The notes: generated by a model not told the origin, from the sequence alone. Shown: positions 1 to 10,467, counted from the stretch's first letter. The stretch is 64,000 bases of DNA from Candidatus Nomurabacteria bacterium (GCA_023267435.1 JAHFNH010000001.1:16253-80252); one strand, 5' to 3'. Numbers and translations are program-made.

Positions 1-424
1 ACTCAAGAATAAAACTTAAACCGGGTAAACGATTTATCGGAAACACTTCAATCCCTATTGGGATAATGCCACCATATATATCGTAATTTTTCTGTCCCGA
101 GTTATAAGACGTTGTTCCATATTCAACTGAAATACCAGAATACACTTTTATAGCTCCAGCACTTTTCCAGGCGTACATAAATTTCAACTCATCAATTTTA
201 CTGTAAACAAATAATTCTGAAGATTTCGGAAAAGGAATTTTAAAATTGTCTTCAATTTTCATTCTTCCCTTTTTACCAAAACAATATGTTAAACCAATTT
301 CCTCTTTAAGTGGAAAACAAACTACACCCAATCTCCTATTAATAGGACTATCAGTTGAGTCCTGGCTTTTTGCGGGTATGACAGAAATTACTGCCAAAAT
401 GATTGTGAAAAAAATATTTTTCAT
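1..424 (-). CDS. Secreted hypothetical protein, possibly beta-strand/OMP-like; runs off the window edge
   Basis: Not in ORF track. ATG at 424 reads MKNIFFTIILAVISVIPAKSQD...GIEVFPINRLPGLSFILE, open to position 1; signal peptide; upstream TTGACT-N17-TATACT promoter. Confidence 0.75.
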   Translation of the reverse strand, partial: MKNIFFTIILAVISVIPAKSQDSTDSPINRRLGVVCFPLKEEIGLTYCFGKKGRMKIEDNFKIPFPKSSELFVYSKIDELKFMYAWKSAGAIKVYSGISVEYGTTSYNSGQKNYDIYGGIIPIGIEVFPINRLPGLSFILE

Positions 425-496
425 ATTTTCTACGGTTTATAGCCTGTCTTAGCAAGCATGGTTTATATTCAATTTTCAATGTATATTTACAGTAAA

Positions 497-525
497 AGTA
501 TACACTATTAAAGCTAAAAAGTCAA
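497..525 (-). promoter_or_regulatory. sigma70-type promoter TTGACT-N17-TATACT
   Basis: Plus-strand agtata 497-502 and agtcaa 520-525. Confidence 0.6.
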
Positions 526-540
526 TAGTAGTAAAAGTAC

Positions 541-569
541 AAAAAACCTCTATTAAATAGAGGTTTTTT
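541..569. terminator. Intrinsic terminator hairpin
   Basis: aaaaaacctctatt-a-aatagaggtttttt palindrome just after the stop of the Gly-rich gene. Confidence 0.75.
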
Positions 570-584
570 GATTTTAAATATTAA

Positions 585-3500
585 TTATTGCCAAGAAATC
601 ACAACTCCACCATTACTTCCTTTTCCACCAGCGCCGCCATAAGTATTAGCTGTATCTTTTCTTTTTCCGCTTCCGCCTCCGCCACCACCGCCTCCGCCGC
701 CGCCACAAGTACCTCCGCCGCCATTACTACCATTATTTTTATCAGCACCACCATTACCACCATCTCCGCCCTTACCATTACAAGCTACAATACCTGGACC
801 CCAGGCATAAGCTGTAGAAAATGTACTTCCAGTACCACCTCCTGGTGTACCTCCACCACCTCCTGGATTAGGACTTATTCCACTTCCTCCTGCACCACCG
901 CCGCCAATATCAGATCCTCCATTTCCTCCACTGCCCCAACCATTACCCCAAGAAGGAATTGTGCCTGGACTTTGGTTTATTTGATAACTTAAAAAGTTAT
1001 CATGTGAAGCATTGCCACCACTTTTACCAGTGTCTGTAGCACCCGGAGCAGAAATTAATACAGTTGAACCAAGAGAAACAGAACTATTACCTCCAGGTGC
1101 ACCATCACCACCACCATGACTATCATTATTACCCGCACTTCCACCACCGCCTCCTGATCCAATTGCGACATTCAATATAGTTCCAAATTGAAGATTATTG
1201 GTACCACCAACATTGAAATCCTGTATTTGATATTTACCAAAACTACCACCGCCTCCGCCAGCACCTCCGTAATTAAAAGTATCAGAAAATCCACCACCGC
1301 CTCCGCCAGCACCTCCGCCCCAAGTTTCAACAGTTAATTTTTTAACACCTAATGGAATTTTAAAAACACCACTTGTAGAAAAAGAACTGGAACCAGGCGT
1401 AATATGAAATAGATTTAAATAAGAACGATAATAAACAATAACCTTTCCGTTACTTCCATTTCCACCGTGACCACCAATACCCTTAAATACTTCTGTATTC
1501 CCAACCCAACTAATATGTGATTCACCAGAATCAAGACCACCACCGCCTCCGCCAGCACCTCCGCCACCGCAAGTACCATCACTTCCATTAAAACCATTAA
1601 CCTCATGAGTACCACCATTTCCGCCTTTACCACCACCCTTACCACTACAATATAATAAAATGCCAGGTCCATATGTATAATTACCAACTGAAAAAATACC
1701 TCCAGTACCACCTATACCACCCACAGACTCGGAATGACCCTGGCCTCCATTTCCAGAAACATTAATGAATGAACCGCCACCGCCACCAGCACCTCCTCCA
1801 GCGCCATAATTAAAATTTACACCATAAACACTATCTGAACCAGTTCCACCAGGTCCAACACCACAAGAGGTACCGCCAGAAGTACTTCCATTATACAAAA
1901 AATCTTCCCCGCCAGTGCCACCACAGGCATGACTAGCACTAACTAATTTTAGATTGCCAAATTTAATAAAACTTTCAACACCATTGTTTGCTCGATAAGC
2001 TAAACTATCTCCATCAGTTCCAACATGTCCAGAACCACCGCCACCAACTTGAACACTTAAAGTTGCACCTGGTGTTACATTGACTCCAGTTTGATATTTA
2101 TAATCTCCAGCTGCACCGCCACCGCCGCCGGAACCACTATGCGCATGATGGCTATCAGAGCCACCTTGGCTACCACCGCCGCCGCCGCCGGAACCACTCC
2201 ACATTTCTACATCAATTTTATTTACATCAGTTGGTACTGGAAAAACACTAGAACAAGATCCATCGGTAATATTACAATCATAAGTAAAAGAATTTCGTTG
2301 AGCAGGAGTGGTGTAAAAAGTTGCAACATTTCCAGCAAAATCTACTCCGGTATAAGCAAGAGAGTATGCAGCACCACTGACGAGTGGAGCTGGTGCTGGA
2401 GAAGCACAACCATTCACAGTATCAGTCACATCAATCTGATGACCACCAAATTTTTTAGCATTACCTACCAGATTACAAGTACGAGTTGATATTGGATCAG
2501 TTTCGCCGTCAGTTCTTGTTGTGATTACAACGGTACCACTAGCAATAGCTTCACTAAGAGTATATTTAACCAGACTAGGAGCCAACATTAAAGGCGCACT
2601 AGAAAATACTGGTGGAGTGATATCAACTGTCACAAGTCTAGGAACAGATAATGCTGATGAAACTCCTGAAGTACTAACTGCTTTCGCTGTAAAAATATGT
2701 AATCCTTCAGCTAAAACAACCGGTAGATTCCACTTATCAAGACTATCGGTAATACCAGAAACAAAAGGGGTAAGGCTTGTCACGATAGGCACAGTAATTG
2801 TTTTTGAATTTGTACCAGTATTATTTGAACAAGTTAGAGTGTAATCTCTAGTTTGATCGGTTGAAATAGAAGTAAGCAAACCTGGAACAATAATATTACT
2901 ATGATCATCAGCACTTGGACCAACAACAGGGACTGGACCATTCCAATCATTTGTTTGAGGTGATGAAGAAGCAGTACACTGAACAGCTCCTGTCGTATCC
3001 CAATCAAGTTCAGAAGGACAGCTTCTATAAATGGGACCGAGATCAAAAAAAGAAAAATTTATAGTAGGTGGTTCTGTGGGTTCATTAAAGGATTTATTAG
3101 TTGGTGAAGTAGAACCACCTTTTTGAGCAACAGTAGAATATTTTGGACTTACAGCACTTAAACCAAAAGAACCAACAGATTGCAGAGTATAAGAATAAGT
3201 GGAACCAGCTTTTAACCCAACAACATTAATAGATGTTCCTGTAACTCCTGAATAAGATTTAAATAAACTACCTGTACTATCGTACACATTAATTTTATAA
3301 CCTGTAGCTTTAGAAACAGGAGTCCAATTTAATGTAACAGATCCAACATAAGATCTAGATGCACTAAGCGTAGTTACATGTTTTTGAGTTAAAGATCTAA
3401 AACTATTAATTGAATTAGGATCAGCACAAGGAGTATATCCGTCAAATATGGTAGCTGCACTTCCAGCACCCACCCCCCCAGTACCAAAGAGATTTATATG

Positions 3501-3671
3501 TGTTTTGTTTGTAAAATTATTTACAGGTGGAATGGTATTAATAAAATATTTCGTTGTCGGCGCCGCTATAAACCCTGTAATAGTGGAAGGATTTGCTGCA
3601 GCAAAAGTAGAATTAATAATAGTTAAAAAGACAAAACTAACAATAAACGCAAACGAAAATATTTTTTTCAT
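585..3671 (-). CDS. Large secreted protein with Fn3/Ig-like domains and two glycine-rich domains (putative adhesin)
   Basis: Likely start MKKIFSFAF (signal peptide); Fn3 signature VTLNWTPV..ATGYKI..GLKAGSTYSYTL; Ig-like LAEGLHIFTAKA..VTVDITPP; two repeats of VExWxGxGGGGG...GxGxNGxVIV/IS. Confidence 0.75.
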   Translation of the reverse strand: MKKIFSFAFIVSFVFLTIINSTFAAANPSTITGFIAAPTTKYFINTIPPVNNFTNKTHINLFGTGGVGAGSAATIFDGYTPCADPNSINSFRSLTQKHVTTLSASRSYVGSVTLNWTPVSKATGYKINVYDSTGSLFKSYSGVTGTSINVVGLKAGSTYSYTLQSVGSFGLSAVSPKYSTVAQKGGSTSPTNKSFNEPTEPPTINFSFFDLGPIYRSCPSELDWDTTGAVQCTASSSPQTNDWNGPVPVVGPSADDHSNIIVPGLLTSISTDQTRDYTLTCSNNTGTNSKTITVPIVTSLTPFVSGITDSLDKWNLPVVLAEGLHIFTAKAVSTSGVSSALSVPRLVTVDITPPVFSSAPLMLAPSLVKYTLSEAIASGTVVITTRTDGETDPISTRTCNLVGNAKKFGGHQIDVTDTVNGCASPAPAPLVSGAAYSLAYTGVDFAGNVATFYTTPAQRNSFTYDCNITDGSCSSVFPVPTDVNKIDVEMWSGSGGGGGGSQGGSDSHHAHSGSGGGGGAAGDYKYQTGVNVTPGATLSVQVGGGGSGHVGTDGDSLAYRANNGVESFIKFGNLKLVSASHACGGTGGEDFLYNGSTSGGTSCGVGPGGTGSDSVYGVNFNYGAGGGAGGGGGSFINVSGNGGQGHSESVGGIGGTGGIFSVGNYTYGPGILLYCSGKGGGKGGNGGTHEVNGFNGSDGTCGGGGAGGGGGGLDSGESHISWVGNTEVFKGIGGHGGNGSNGKVIVYYRSYLNLFHITPGSSSFSTSGVFKIPLGVKKLTVETWGGGAGGGGGGFSDTFNYGGAGGGGGSFGKYQIQDFNVGGTNNLQFGTILNVAIGSGGGGGSAGNNDSHGGGDGAPGGNSSVSLGSTVLISAPGATDTGKSGGNASHDNFLSYQINQSPGTIPSWGNGWGSGGNGGSDIGGGGAGGSGISPNPGGGGGTPGGGTGSTFSTAYAWGPGIVACNGKGGDGGNGGADKNNGSNGGGGTCGGGGGGGGGGGSGKRKDTANTYGGAGGKGSNGGVVISWQ

Positions 3672-3696
3672 AATATAAATTATACCACGATATAAC

Positions 3697-3728
3697 AAAA
3701 AATCCTCTGCCAATGGCGGAGGATTTTT
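3697..3728 (-). terminator. Terminator of rpsF-ssb-rpsR
   Basis: aaaaaatcctctgcc-aat-ggcggaggattttt. Confidence 0.7.
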
Positions 3729-3743
3729 ATTGTTAAAAACTTA

Positions 3744-3944
3744 TTATTTAGCTACAAAAGGAAGCAATCCCATGAAACGAGCACGTTTAACGGCCATTGT
3801 CAGAGCGCGTTGATTCTTGGAAGTAACACCTGTGCGCTTGTGGCTCATTATTTTGCCGTTGGGATTTAGAAATTTCTTTAAGATTTCAATATCTTTATAG
3901 TCTATGTATTTTATATTGTTTGATGAAAAGTAATCTTGTTTCAT
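3744..3944 (-). CDS. rpsR: 30S ribosomal protein S18
   Basis: IDYKD..LKKFL...GKI...RTG....QR.L..AVKRAR.MGLLPF. Confidence 0.97.
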   Translation of the reverse strand: MKQDYFSSNNIKYIDYKDIEILKKFLNPNGKIMSHKRTGVTSKNQRALTMAVKRARFMGLLPFVAK

Positions 3945-4011
3945 ATGTGATTTAGCTTATACCAAGTATGATTTTGTTAAATCAAATCATTTCTTGGGCA
4001 ATTATTGGTAA

Positions 4012-4464
4012 TTAAAATGGAATGTCTTCAGGGTTTATATCTTCTTCTGGATATTCAATAGTATCGATCTCTTCTGGTCCAGGTCCGGCTGGGGCTTTAG
4101 AAGCTTCAGCGTTATTTGATCCTCCACTTGGAGCACCACCTCTTGGTCCAAATTGTGTTCTGTCAGCGACGATTTCAGTACGATATTTTTTTGTACCATC
4201 CTTATCATCCCAACTTCTTGTCTGCATTCTTCCTTCAACCAGCATGGAACTTCCCTTTTTCATATACTGCGCGACTGTCTCTGCTTGGCGTCCGAAGACT
4301 ACGACATTGTGATAATCAGCTGATTCTTGTTTAGCACCATTCTTGTCTTTCCAAACACGATTGGTAGCAAGTGAAAATGAACAAACTTTGATACCTGAAG
4401 GAAGCGATCTTAATTCTGGATCGCGAGTAAGATTTCCTATTACAATTGCTTTGTTTAAATACAT
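4012..4464 (-). CDS. ssb: Single-stranded DNA-binding protein
   Basis: NKAIVIGNLTRDPELR; acidic tail EDIPF; rpsF-ssb-rpsR synteny. Confidence 0.97.
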   Translation of the reverse strand: MYLNKAIVIGNLTRDPELRSLPSGIKVCSFSLATNRVWKDKNGAKQESADYHNVVVFGRQAETVAQYMKKGSSMLVEGRMQTRSWDDKDGTKKYRTEIVADRTQFGPRGGAPSGGSNNAEASKAPAGPGPEEIDTIEYPEEDINPEDIPF

Positions 4465-4477
4465 AATATTTTTTAAA

Positions 4478-4987
4478 TTAAACTGTAACTAAAGCGTCGA
4501 TTTCTTTATCTATCTCTTCTTTGTTAATTGGCTGTTCAGTTTCATTTTCTCCTTCCTTCTTGGCTGAAAATGTCTTGCGTCGAGTTATGTCTCCACGAAC
4601 AAATCTCTTTGCAGCAACGGTATTTTCTTTTACTGTTTTCAAGATCAAAGATCGAACAATGTTTGTATCAAGCTCAATTTTTTTCTTAAGATCTAATACT
4701 TTTTCAGGATCCATTGAAAACTTAATCCAGCCGAAATATCCAGTATCAAATTTATGTCTGATGTTCTGAACAACTTTCACCATAGTATAAGCAAGAGGAA
4801 TCATTCTAGGCATTTCGTCTGAGACGATTTCACCGCCTAAAGAATTAACAAGCTCTTTTAAATTGCTATAAATAGCAGATATGTTTTCTTCAGGAATAGT
4901 AGACATCAAAATATAGCCAACTTCGTATATTCTGGCATCTGTTCCCTCATTTTCAGCTTTATTTTCCATTTCTTTCATGACCTCCAT
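4478..4987 (-). CDS. rpsF: 30S ribosomal protein S6
   Basis: RIYEVGYIL, LAY, GYF motifs; synteny with ssb-rpsR. Confidence 0.9.
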   Translation of the reverse strand: MEVMKEMENKAENEGTDARIYEVGYILMSTIPEENISAIYSNLKELVNSLGGEIVSDEMPRMIPLAYTMVKVVQNIRHKFDTGYFGWIKFSMDPEKVLDLKKKIELDTNIVRSLILKTVKENTVAAKRFVRGDITRRKTFSAKKEGENETEQPINKEEIDKEIDALVTV

Positions 4988-5024
4988 ACTATCAAAAACA
5001 ATTTAAAAAGTAAACCCCACCAGA

Positions 5025-5807
5025 CTAAAGTCCGAAAATTCGCTTAGTATTTGCCATAATAACCTCTTCAACTTTTTCGACTGGTAAGTTTTTTATTTCA
5101 GCTATTTTTTTATAAACTTCTTCCACCATCCAAGGCTCGCAAGTCTTGCCTCGGTATGGCACAGGCGCAGCAAAAGGCGCATCCGTCTCGCACATGATCG
5201 ATTCCAAAGGTATAAATTTAATAACCTCATCGTAATCAGTTGTGAAAGTTATCGGCCCATCGAATGACATTGTAAAACCAAGATCTAGTGCGCGCCTCGC
5301 TATATTTATGTCACCGACGAAGAAATGAAAATTGCCAGACAATACTCCTTTGTAATTTTCTAAAATAGTTAGAGAATCTTCATAGGCATCTTGAGTTCCC
5401 TTCGAAGGACGCGCATGAATCATCAGTGGTTTTTTAGAATACAAGGCAAGTTCTATGTGACGCATAAAAAGTTCTTTTTGTTTTTGTTTAATCTCTTCCC
5501 TACTATCACGAAAATAATCGAGCCCACATTCTCCAATACACACAACTTCTTTATTTTCAGATAATTTTTTATATTTTTCTATATCAAAAATTTCTTTGTC
5601 ATTATCCGTCGGATGAAGACCCACTCCTGCCCAAATAAAATCACGTTGATTAGCAATCTCTATCGCCTTTAGGGATGTTTCATAATCAACTCCGATGACA
5701 ATAGTACCCACGCCTTTTTCCATCATTTTATAAATGATTTTTTCCTTATCTTCTTCGAGCGTCAACAATCCCAAATGCGAGTGTATGTCTATGTATTTTA
5801 AGTTCAT
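5025..5807 (-). CDS. tatD: TatD family hydrolase
   Basis: DIHSH, GLHP, IGECGLDY, ETDAPF motifs. Confidence 0.93.
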   Translation of the reverse strand: MNLKYIDIHSHLGLLTLEEDKEKIIYKMMEKGVGTIVIGVDYETSLKAIEIANQRDFIWAGVGLHPTDNDKEIFDIEKYKKLSENKEVVCIGECGLDYFRDSREEIKQKQKELFMRHIELALYSKKPLMIHARPSKGTQDAYEDSLTILENYKGVLSGNFHFFVGDINIARRALDLGFTMSFDGPITFTTDYDEVIKFIPLESIMCETDAPFAAPVPYRGKTCEPWMVEEVYKKIAEIKNLPVEKVEEVIMANTKRIFGL

Positions 5808-5808
5808 A

Positions 5809-6114
5809 TTATTTAGATTTTATTATTTTTTTCTTCACAGAATCAACGAACAACCTAAAAGCAGGACGGTTCTCTTTATCGTAAATAATTTTAACCCCAA
5901 GAATATGCCCTTTTGAGCAGGATAAATCTTTTTTTGAAACAGATACCTTTGGTTTAAAAATCCGGTCAAAATACATTCTTCTTAAATTCCCTGGTCCATC
6001 TTTTTGATAATCACAAATATGTTCATTGCATTTTGCACAACAAACACTAAGCATTCGAGAATACCCTCCTCTTGTTTTTTTAAATTTATCATTTTTAAAA
6101 ATATTTTTTGACAT
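5809..6114 (-). CDS. Hypothetical protein with Cys pairs (possible Zn ribbon)
   Basis: CCAKC...YQKDGPGNLRRMYFDRI...CSKGH; tightly packed in operon. Confidence 0.65.
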   Translation of the reverse strand: MSKNIFKNDKFKKTRGGYSRMLSVCCAKCNEHICDYQKDGPGNLRRMYFDRIFKPKVSVSKKDLSCSKGHILGVKIIYDKENRPAFRLFVDSVKKKIIKSK

Positions 6115-6116
6115 TT

Positions 6117-6476
6117 TTATTGTGTTTTTAATTCACTTAATATCTTAAGCAACACTCCATCCATATTAGTATTTATCTCTGCGTTTGTAAAACGCAAAAC
6201 TTTTATATCTAAGCCTTCGAAGTATTCACTTCTTATTTTATCGTACTCCATATTCTCTTTTTCAAAATGCTGTGAACCGTCAATTTCAATCACTATCTTT
6301 TTTAAAGGACAATAAAAGTCTGTAATATATCCACCAATACTATGTTGTCGACGAAATTTTACACCAAGTTGGGAATTTTTTAATTTATTCCATAATAAAA
6401 TTTCTTGCGGAGTAGCATTATTTATTAATTCTTTTCGTCGATAAAATAACTTTTTTATATTATGTATAGTATCCAT
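6117..6476 (-). CDS. DUF559 / Vsr-like endonuclease domain protein (copy 1)
   Basis: TPQE.LLW..L...QLG.KFRRQH.IG.YI.DFYC...K.VIEIDGSQH...VLRFTN. Confidence 0.9.
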   Translation of the reverse strand: MDTIHNIKKLFYRRKELINNATPQEILLWNKLKNSQLGVKFRRQHSIGGYITDFYCPLKKIVIEIDGSQHFEKENMEYDKIRSEYFEGLDIKVLRFTNAEINTNMDGVLLKILSELKTQ

Positions 6477-6488
6477 TGCATTTTTGCA

Positions 6489-6585
6489 CCCCCTCCTTAA
6501 TAAAGGAGGGGGCTGGGGATGGTAATTCTGAATTTAATAAAATCACCACCCCGCCCTTTGGGCACCCCTCCTCCACAAGGAGGGG
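6489..6585. repeat. Two boxC-like purine/pyrimidine hairpin repeats in opposite orientation, upstream of DUF559 copy 1
   Basis: ccccctcctt-aata-aaggagggggctggggatgg (6489-6522) and ccaccccgccctttgggcacccctcct-ccaca-aggagggg (6546-6585). Confidence 0.75.
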
Positions 6586-6591
6586 AAAATT

Positions 6592-8040
6592 CTAATCCTT
6601 CCTCAGGAATAAAGGAGTTTCTGGCATTTTGTTTGCAAAGATTGATTCTTGAATTTTTTTCGCAGTTTCAGGCAAGAATGATTCGAGTAATTTTGAAACA
6701 TGTAAAAGTTCTAAGACTAATTCTTTTATCATCTCTATTCCTTTTTCTTTGTCTTCTTTGATAACTTTAAACGGCTGTTCTTTTTGAATCTTCTCATCCA
6801 TACCTGAAACAAAAACCCAAATATGATCCATTGCTAATTTTAAATTAAAGTCTGCGATAGCATCTTCAAAAACTTTACTTGGTTTTATTTTAAAATCTTC
6901 AAAAATAACTGGACTAGTTAGATTTGTCTCTGCTAATTTCATAATGCGGGAAGTTAAATTTCCAATACCATTCGCCAGTCCAGCATTATATGTTTCCTTG
7001 AAACGCTCCATGGTAAATGGACTATCTTCAAAAGAAGAGACTTCACGCAATAAGAAATAACGGAGTGCGTCTGTGCCATATTCGTCGACAACATCTTTGG
7101 GATTAACAACATTACCTAAACTTTTAGACATTTTTAATCCACCTTCGGCTGTTACAAAACCATTGATAATTATTTGGTGAGAATTAGGCAATTCTGCCGC
7201 CATCAGCATCGCTTGCCACATCGCAGACTGGAAACGCAAATTGTCTTTACCACAATATTGCGTCGGTGTTCCATTAACCCAATATTTTTCAAAATTTTCT
7301 TTATTCTCCGGCCAGCCTAGAGTAGAAATATAATTTACCAAAGCATCAAACCAAACATACATAACATGATCAGGGTCGTTGGGTACTTCTATTCCCCAAG
7401 ACATTTTTGCTTTCAAGCGTGAAATAGAAAAATCTTGCAATCCCCTTTCGACGAAAGCTTTTATTTCATTGAAACGAAAATCTGGAACGACAAAATTCGG
7501 ATGAGATATATAAAATTCCATCAACTTATCGGCAAAGGCGCTGTATTTGAAAAAGTAATTTTCTTCGTGAATTATTTCAAGAGGTTTTCCTGGATGCAAT
7601 GGACACTCGCCATTTACTAGCTCAGAATCGCTTTTTGTCTCTTCACAACCGACGCAATATTTCGATTCATAATCTTTTTTATAAATAAATCCATTATCAT
7701 AAACACGTTTCCAAAATTCCTGTGCAGCTTTTATGTGATGCTCGTCTGTTGTCCTGACAAAATGAATATCTTCATCCATTCCAAAAATTCTTACTGATTC
7801 TTTAAAATGCAAAAAACTTTCATCTACGAATTCTTTAGTGGTCTTCCCTAGAGATTTAGCTTTTTCGTAGATTTTCATACCATGTTCGTCTGTACCAGTA
7901 TTAAAAAACACATCGAAACCTTCGAGTTTTTTAAAACGAGCGACAACATCAGCACGCACGAATTCAAGCGCATGGCCCATATGAAGATCGGCATTTACGT
8001 AAGGTAGAGTCGTTGTTATGTAAAAACTATTTTGCTTCAT
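6592..8040 (-). CDS. metG: Methionine--tRNA ligase, short form
   Basis: YITTTLPYVN, HMGH, GTDEHG, YVWFDAL, KMSKS; likely start MKQNSFY at 8040. Confidence 0.96.
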   Translation of the reverse strand: MKQNSFYITTTLPYVNADLHMGHALEFVRADVVARFKKLEGFDVFFNTGTDEHGMKIYEKAKSLGKTTKEFVDESFLHFKESVRIFGMDEDIHFVRTTDEHHIKAAQEFWKRVYDNGFIYKKDYESKYCVGCEETKSDSELVNGECPLHPGKPLEIIHEENYFFKYSAFADKLMEFYISHPNFVVPDFRFNEIKAFVERGLQDFSISRLKAKMSWGIEVPNDPDHVMYVWFDALVNYISTLGWPENKENFEKYWVNGTPTQYCGKDNLRFQSAMWQAMLMAAELPNSHQIIINGFVTAEGGLKMSKSLGNVVNPKDVVDEYGTDALRYFLLREVSSFEDSPFTMERFKETYNAGLANGIGNLTSRIMKLAETNLTSPVIFEDFKIKPSKVFEDAIADFNLKLAMDHIWVFVSGMDEKIQKEQPFKVIKEDKEKGIEMIKELVLELLHVSKLLESFLPETAKKIQESIFANKMPETPLFLRKD

Positions 8041-9106
8041 TGCCTGTTCGAGCGAAGATTTTATCTTTCTCAATATCATTTACAAATTCCATTAAAGAAA
8101 CAGCCGTCGGAATAGCTAGAATTAATCCCCAGAAACCAGCCAACTCATAGCCAATCAATATTGCCAGAATAACAACCAAAGGAGAAAGTCCCACCACTTT
8201 TTTAACAATAAGAGGATAAAGCAAATAAATTTCAAACTGGTGAATTATAAGATATGCTCCCAAGACCATCAAAGAACTGGAAACTCCGCCGGAAAGATAA
8301 GCGAAGGAAATTGCCGGCACCATGGCAACGATCAAACCATAAGGAACAAGTTCCATAACTCCCGTCAGAATGGCTAAAAGCAGAGCATATTGAATTCCCA
8401 AGAGAGAAAGAACTAAATATGTCAGTACAGCAATCAGAACTCCTAGAAGCATCTGACCTTTAACCCATAATGCAATTTTATGATGTGCGCGATTCCATAA
8501 ATCTACAGCGTAATCTTCGTGCTTTTGCGGTATCACAATGCGCAAAAAACTCTCGATACCCTTTTCTTGAATAGAAAGATAAAAAGAAATAACAATAATC
8601 ATGCCGACATTGAAGAAACTTCCGAAAGCTGAAGAAAGTGTTTGAAAGAAACCGCCGGAAAGATTTGAAATGAAAGCTCTGGAAGTATCAAGTAGTGTCG
8701 AAAGAGAAAAATTATTGGAAAGATTTGCCACGATATCCCTGGCTCCAGAGAAAGCGTTATTTTGGAAATAATTCAAGAAACCAGAATCTGGAATGTAGGC
8801 AGAAAGGAAAGTTGAAAAATTATAAATTTCGGTAATGAGTAGTGGAGTGAATAAATAAAAGAGCGTAGCTAAAAATAATATTGAAAAGAAATAAATCAAC
8901 ACCACTCCAAAAACTCGCCCAATACCTATCCTCTTCATTTTACCAGCAGCTGATCCGGCAAATGACGCGATGACGATCGAAGTAAGAATGATCAGCACCA
9001 AATCACGCAAAAAGTAAATTAGAAAAAAACCTAAACCAACTAAAACTGCACGGATCATCGTGTCAGTCGATATTGAAATCGATGTTATTTTATTTTTTTC
9101 ATTCAT
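8027..9106 (-). CDS. AI-2E family transporter
   Basis: Multiple TM helices; ELVPYG, LSPLVVILAILIG..LAGFWGLILAIP. Confidence 0.88.
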   Translation of the reverse strand: MNEKNKITSISISTDTMIRAVLVGLGFFLIYFLRDLVLIILTSIVIASFAGSAAGKMKRIGIGRVFGVVLIYFFSILFLATLFYLFTPLLITEIYNFSTFLSAYIPDSGFLNYFQNNAFSGARDIVANLSNNFSLSTLLDTSRAFISNLSGGFFQTLSSAFGSFFNVGMIIVISFYLSIQEKGIESFLRIVIPQKHEDYAVDLWNRAHHKIALWVKGQMLLGVLIAVLTYLVLSLLGIQYALLLAILTGVMELVPYGLIVAMVPAISFAYLSGGVSSSLMVLGAYLIIHQFEIYLLYPLIVKKVVGLSPLVVILAILIGYELAGFWGLILAIPTAVSLMEFVNDIEKDKIFARTGNEAK

Positions 9107-9135
9107 AACAATATAATAACACAGAAGAAAAAACT

Positions 9136-10404
9136 TTAAAACTTGAGAATTTTAGAAAATTTAGCCTTTTCTTTAAAAGGACCAATCAAAGCCAAATTTA
9201 ATATTTCGTTCTTAAAAATTTTATTCGCCAAGTCTTTAATCTGAATAGCTGTAACTTTCCTGATTTCGTTAGCTTTTTCTTCTGCTAAATGAATTTCCCT
9301 CTTTAAGAGCTCTTGTCCGCCGTAAAAGTTCGCAATATCGTCACTAGACTCTAAAGAAAGCTTCATATTACCGATCAAACATTCTTTTACTTTACCGAGT
9401 TCATCTTCAGAAACTAAATCATTTTTCAATTTTCGGCATTCTTCTAAAACAGCTTCGATAACTTCATTGATTCTTTTATTGTCTACCCCAGCGGAAACTT
9501 GAAAAACTCCGTGATCAGTATAAACATCATTATATGCACGAACGTAATATCCGACACCCATTTCTTCACGTAATTTCTGAAAAAGCCTGGAACTCATTCC
9601 CCCACCCAGCACGCCTCCTAAGACAGAAAGCACTGGATTCTTTTTGTTAAATAAATCGAAAGAGCGCACACCTAAAACAAAATGTGTTTGATCTGTTTTT
9701 TTAAATTTCACTAAGACTTCCGGCTTCTTTTGAGCTTCTTTCACTTTTAATTTTTTAGATTTCTTTCCGCGTGGAATATTTCCGAAAACTTTTTCAACTT
9801 CTTTCATCACATCTTTTTCGGTCACCTGTCCTGCGACTACCAATAATGTCGCTTCCGGTAAATAATGTGCTTTTTTGTAATTCACAAAATCATCACGCTT
9901 CATTTTCAAAATATTTTTCTTTTCTCCCGCAATATTCCAACCCGCTGGTTGGTTACCATAAAGTAATTCCATAAATAAATCCTGCACGTGCCTGTTGGGC
10001 ATATCTTCGTACATATTTATTTCTTCGATAATCACACCTTTTTCTTTTTGCATTTCTGCTTCAGGAAAAGTAGAATTCAAATAAATATCAGAAACTACGT
10101 CAAAAATCTGCTTGAAGTGACGTGCGTCAGACTTCGCATAATAACCTGTATATTCTTGGCCAGTAAAAGCGTTGTATTGAGAACCGAGTGCATCTAATTC
10201 CTTGGAAATATCAATCGCCTTGGGTCTTTTCACTGTTCCCTTGAAACACATATGTTCTAAGAAATGCGAAATACCATTTATCTTTTTTGTTTCGTATTTT
10301 GAACCAGCTTCCACTAATACCAAAACCGTAGCCGTAGGATTATCCTTCATCGGCACAATAATAACTCTGAGTCCGTTATGTAAAACTTTTTTTGTGAATT
10401 TCAT
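9136..10404 (-). CDS. M16 family zinc peptidase
   Basis: HFLEH inverted zincin motif, NAFT, GGMSSRLFQKLRE. Confidence 0.95.
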   Translation of the reverse strand: MKFTKKVLHNGLRVIIVPMKDNPTATVLVLVEAGSKYETKKINGISHFLEHMCFKGTVKRPKAIDISKELDALGSQYNAFTGQEYTGYYAKSDARHFKQIFDVVSDIYLNSTFPEAEMQKEKGVIIEEINMYEDMPNRHVQDLFMELLYGNQPAGWNIAGEKKNILKMKRDDFVNYKKAHYLPEATLLVVAGQVTEKDVMKEVEKVFGNIPRGKKSKKLKVKEAQKKPEVLVKFKKTDQTHFVLGVRSFDLFNKKNPVLSVLGGVLGGGMSSRLFQKLREEMGVGYYVRAYNDVYTDHGVFQVSAGVDNKRINEVIEAVLEECRKLKNDLVSEDELGKVKECLIGNMKLSLESSDDIANFYGGQELLKREIHLAEEKANEIRKVTAIQIKDLANKIFKNEILNLALIGPFKEKAKFSKILKF

Positions 10405-10429
10405 AAAATAATCTTAACACATATTAACA

Positions 10430-10467
10430 CCCCACCCCAACCCTCCCCTTGGCTAATGGGAGGGAGA
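10430..10467. repeat. boxC-like hairpin repeat overlapping the 3' end of DUF559 copy 2
   Basis: ccccaccccaaccctcccc-ttggctaat-gggaggga. Confidence 0.75.

Noticed and set aside
588-3678. Plus-strand and alternative-frame ORFs over the Gly-rich gene
   Set aside because: Shadow ORFs caused by low-complexity GGN codons; the ccaccgcc runs are coding, not a DNA repeat array.
6519-6761. 80-aa plus-strand ORF
   Set aside because: Reads through the GC-rich repeats and antisense to metG; no protein-like features.
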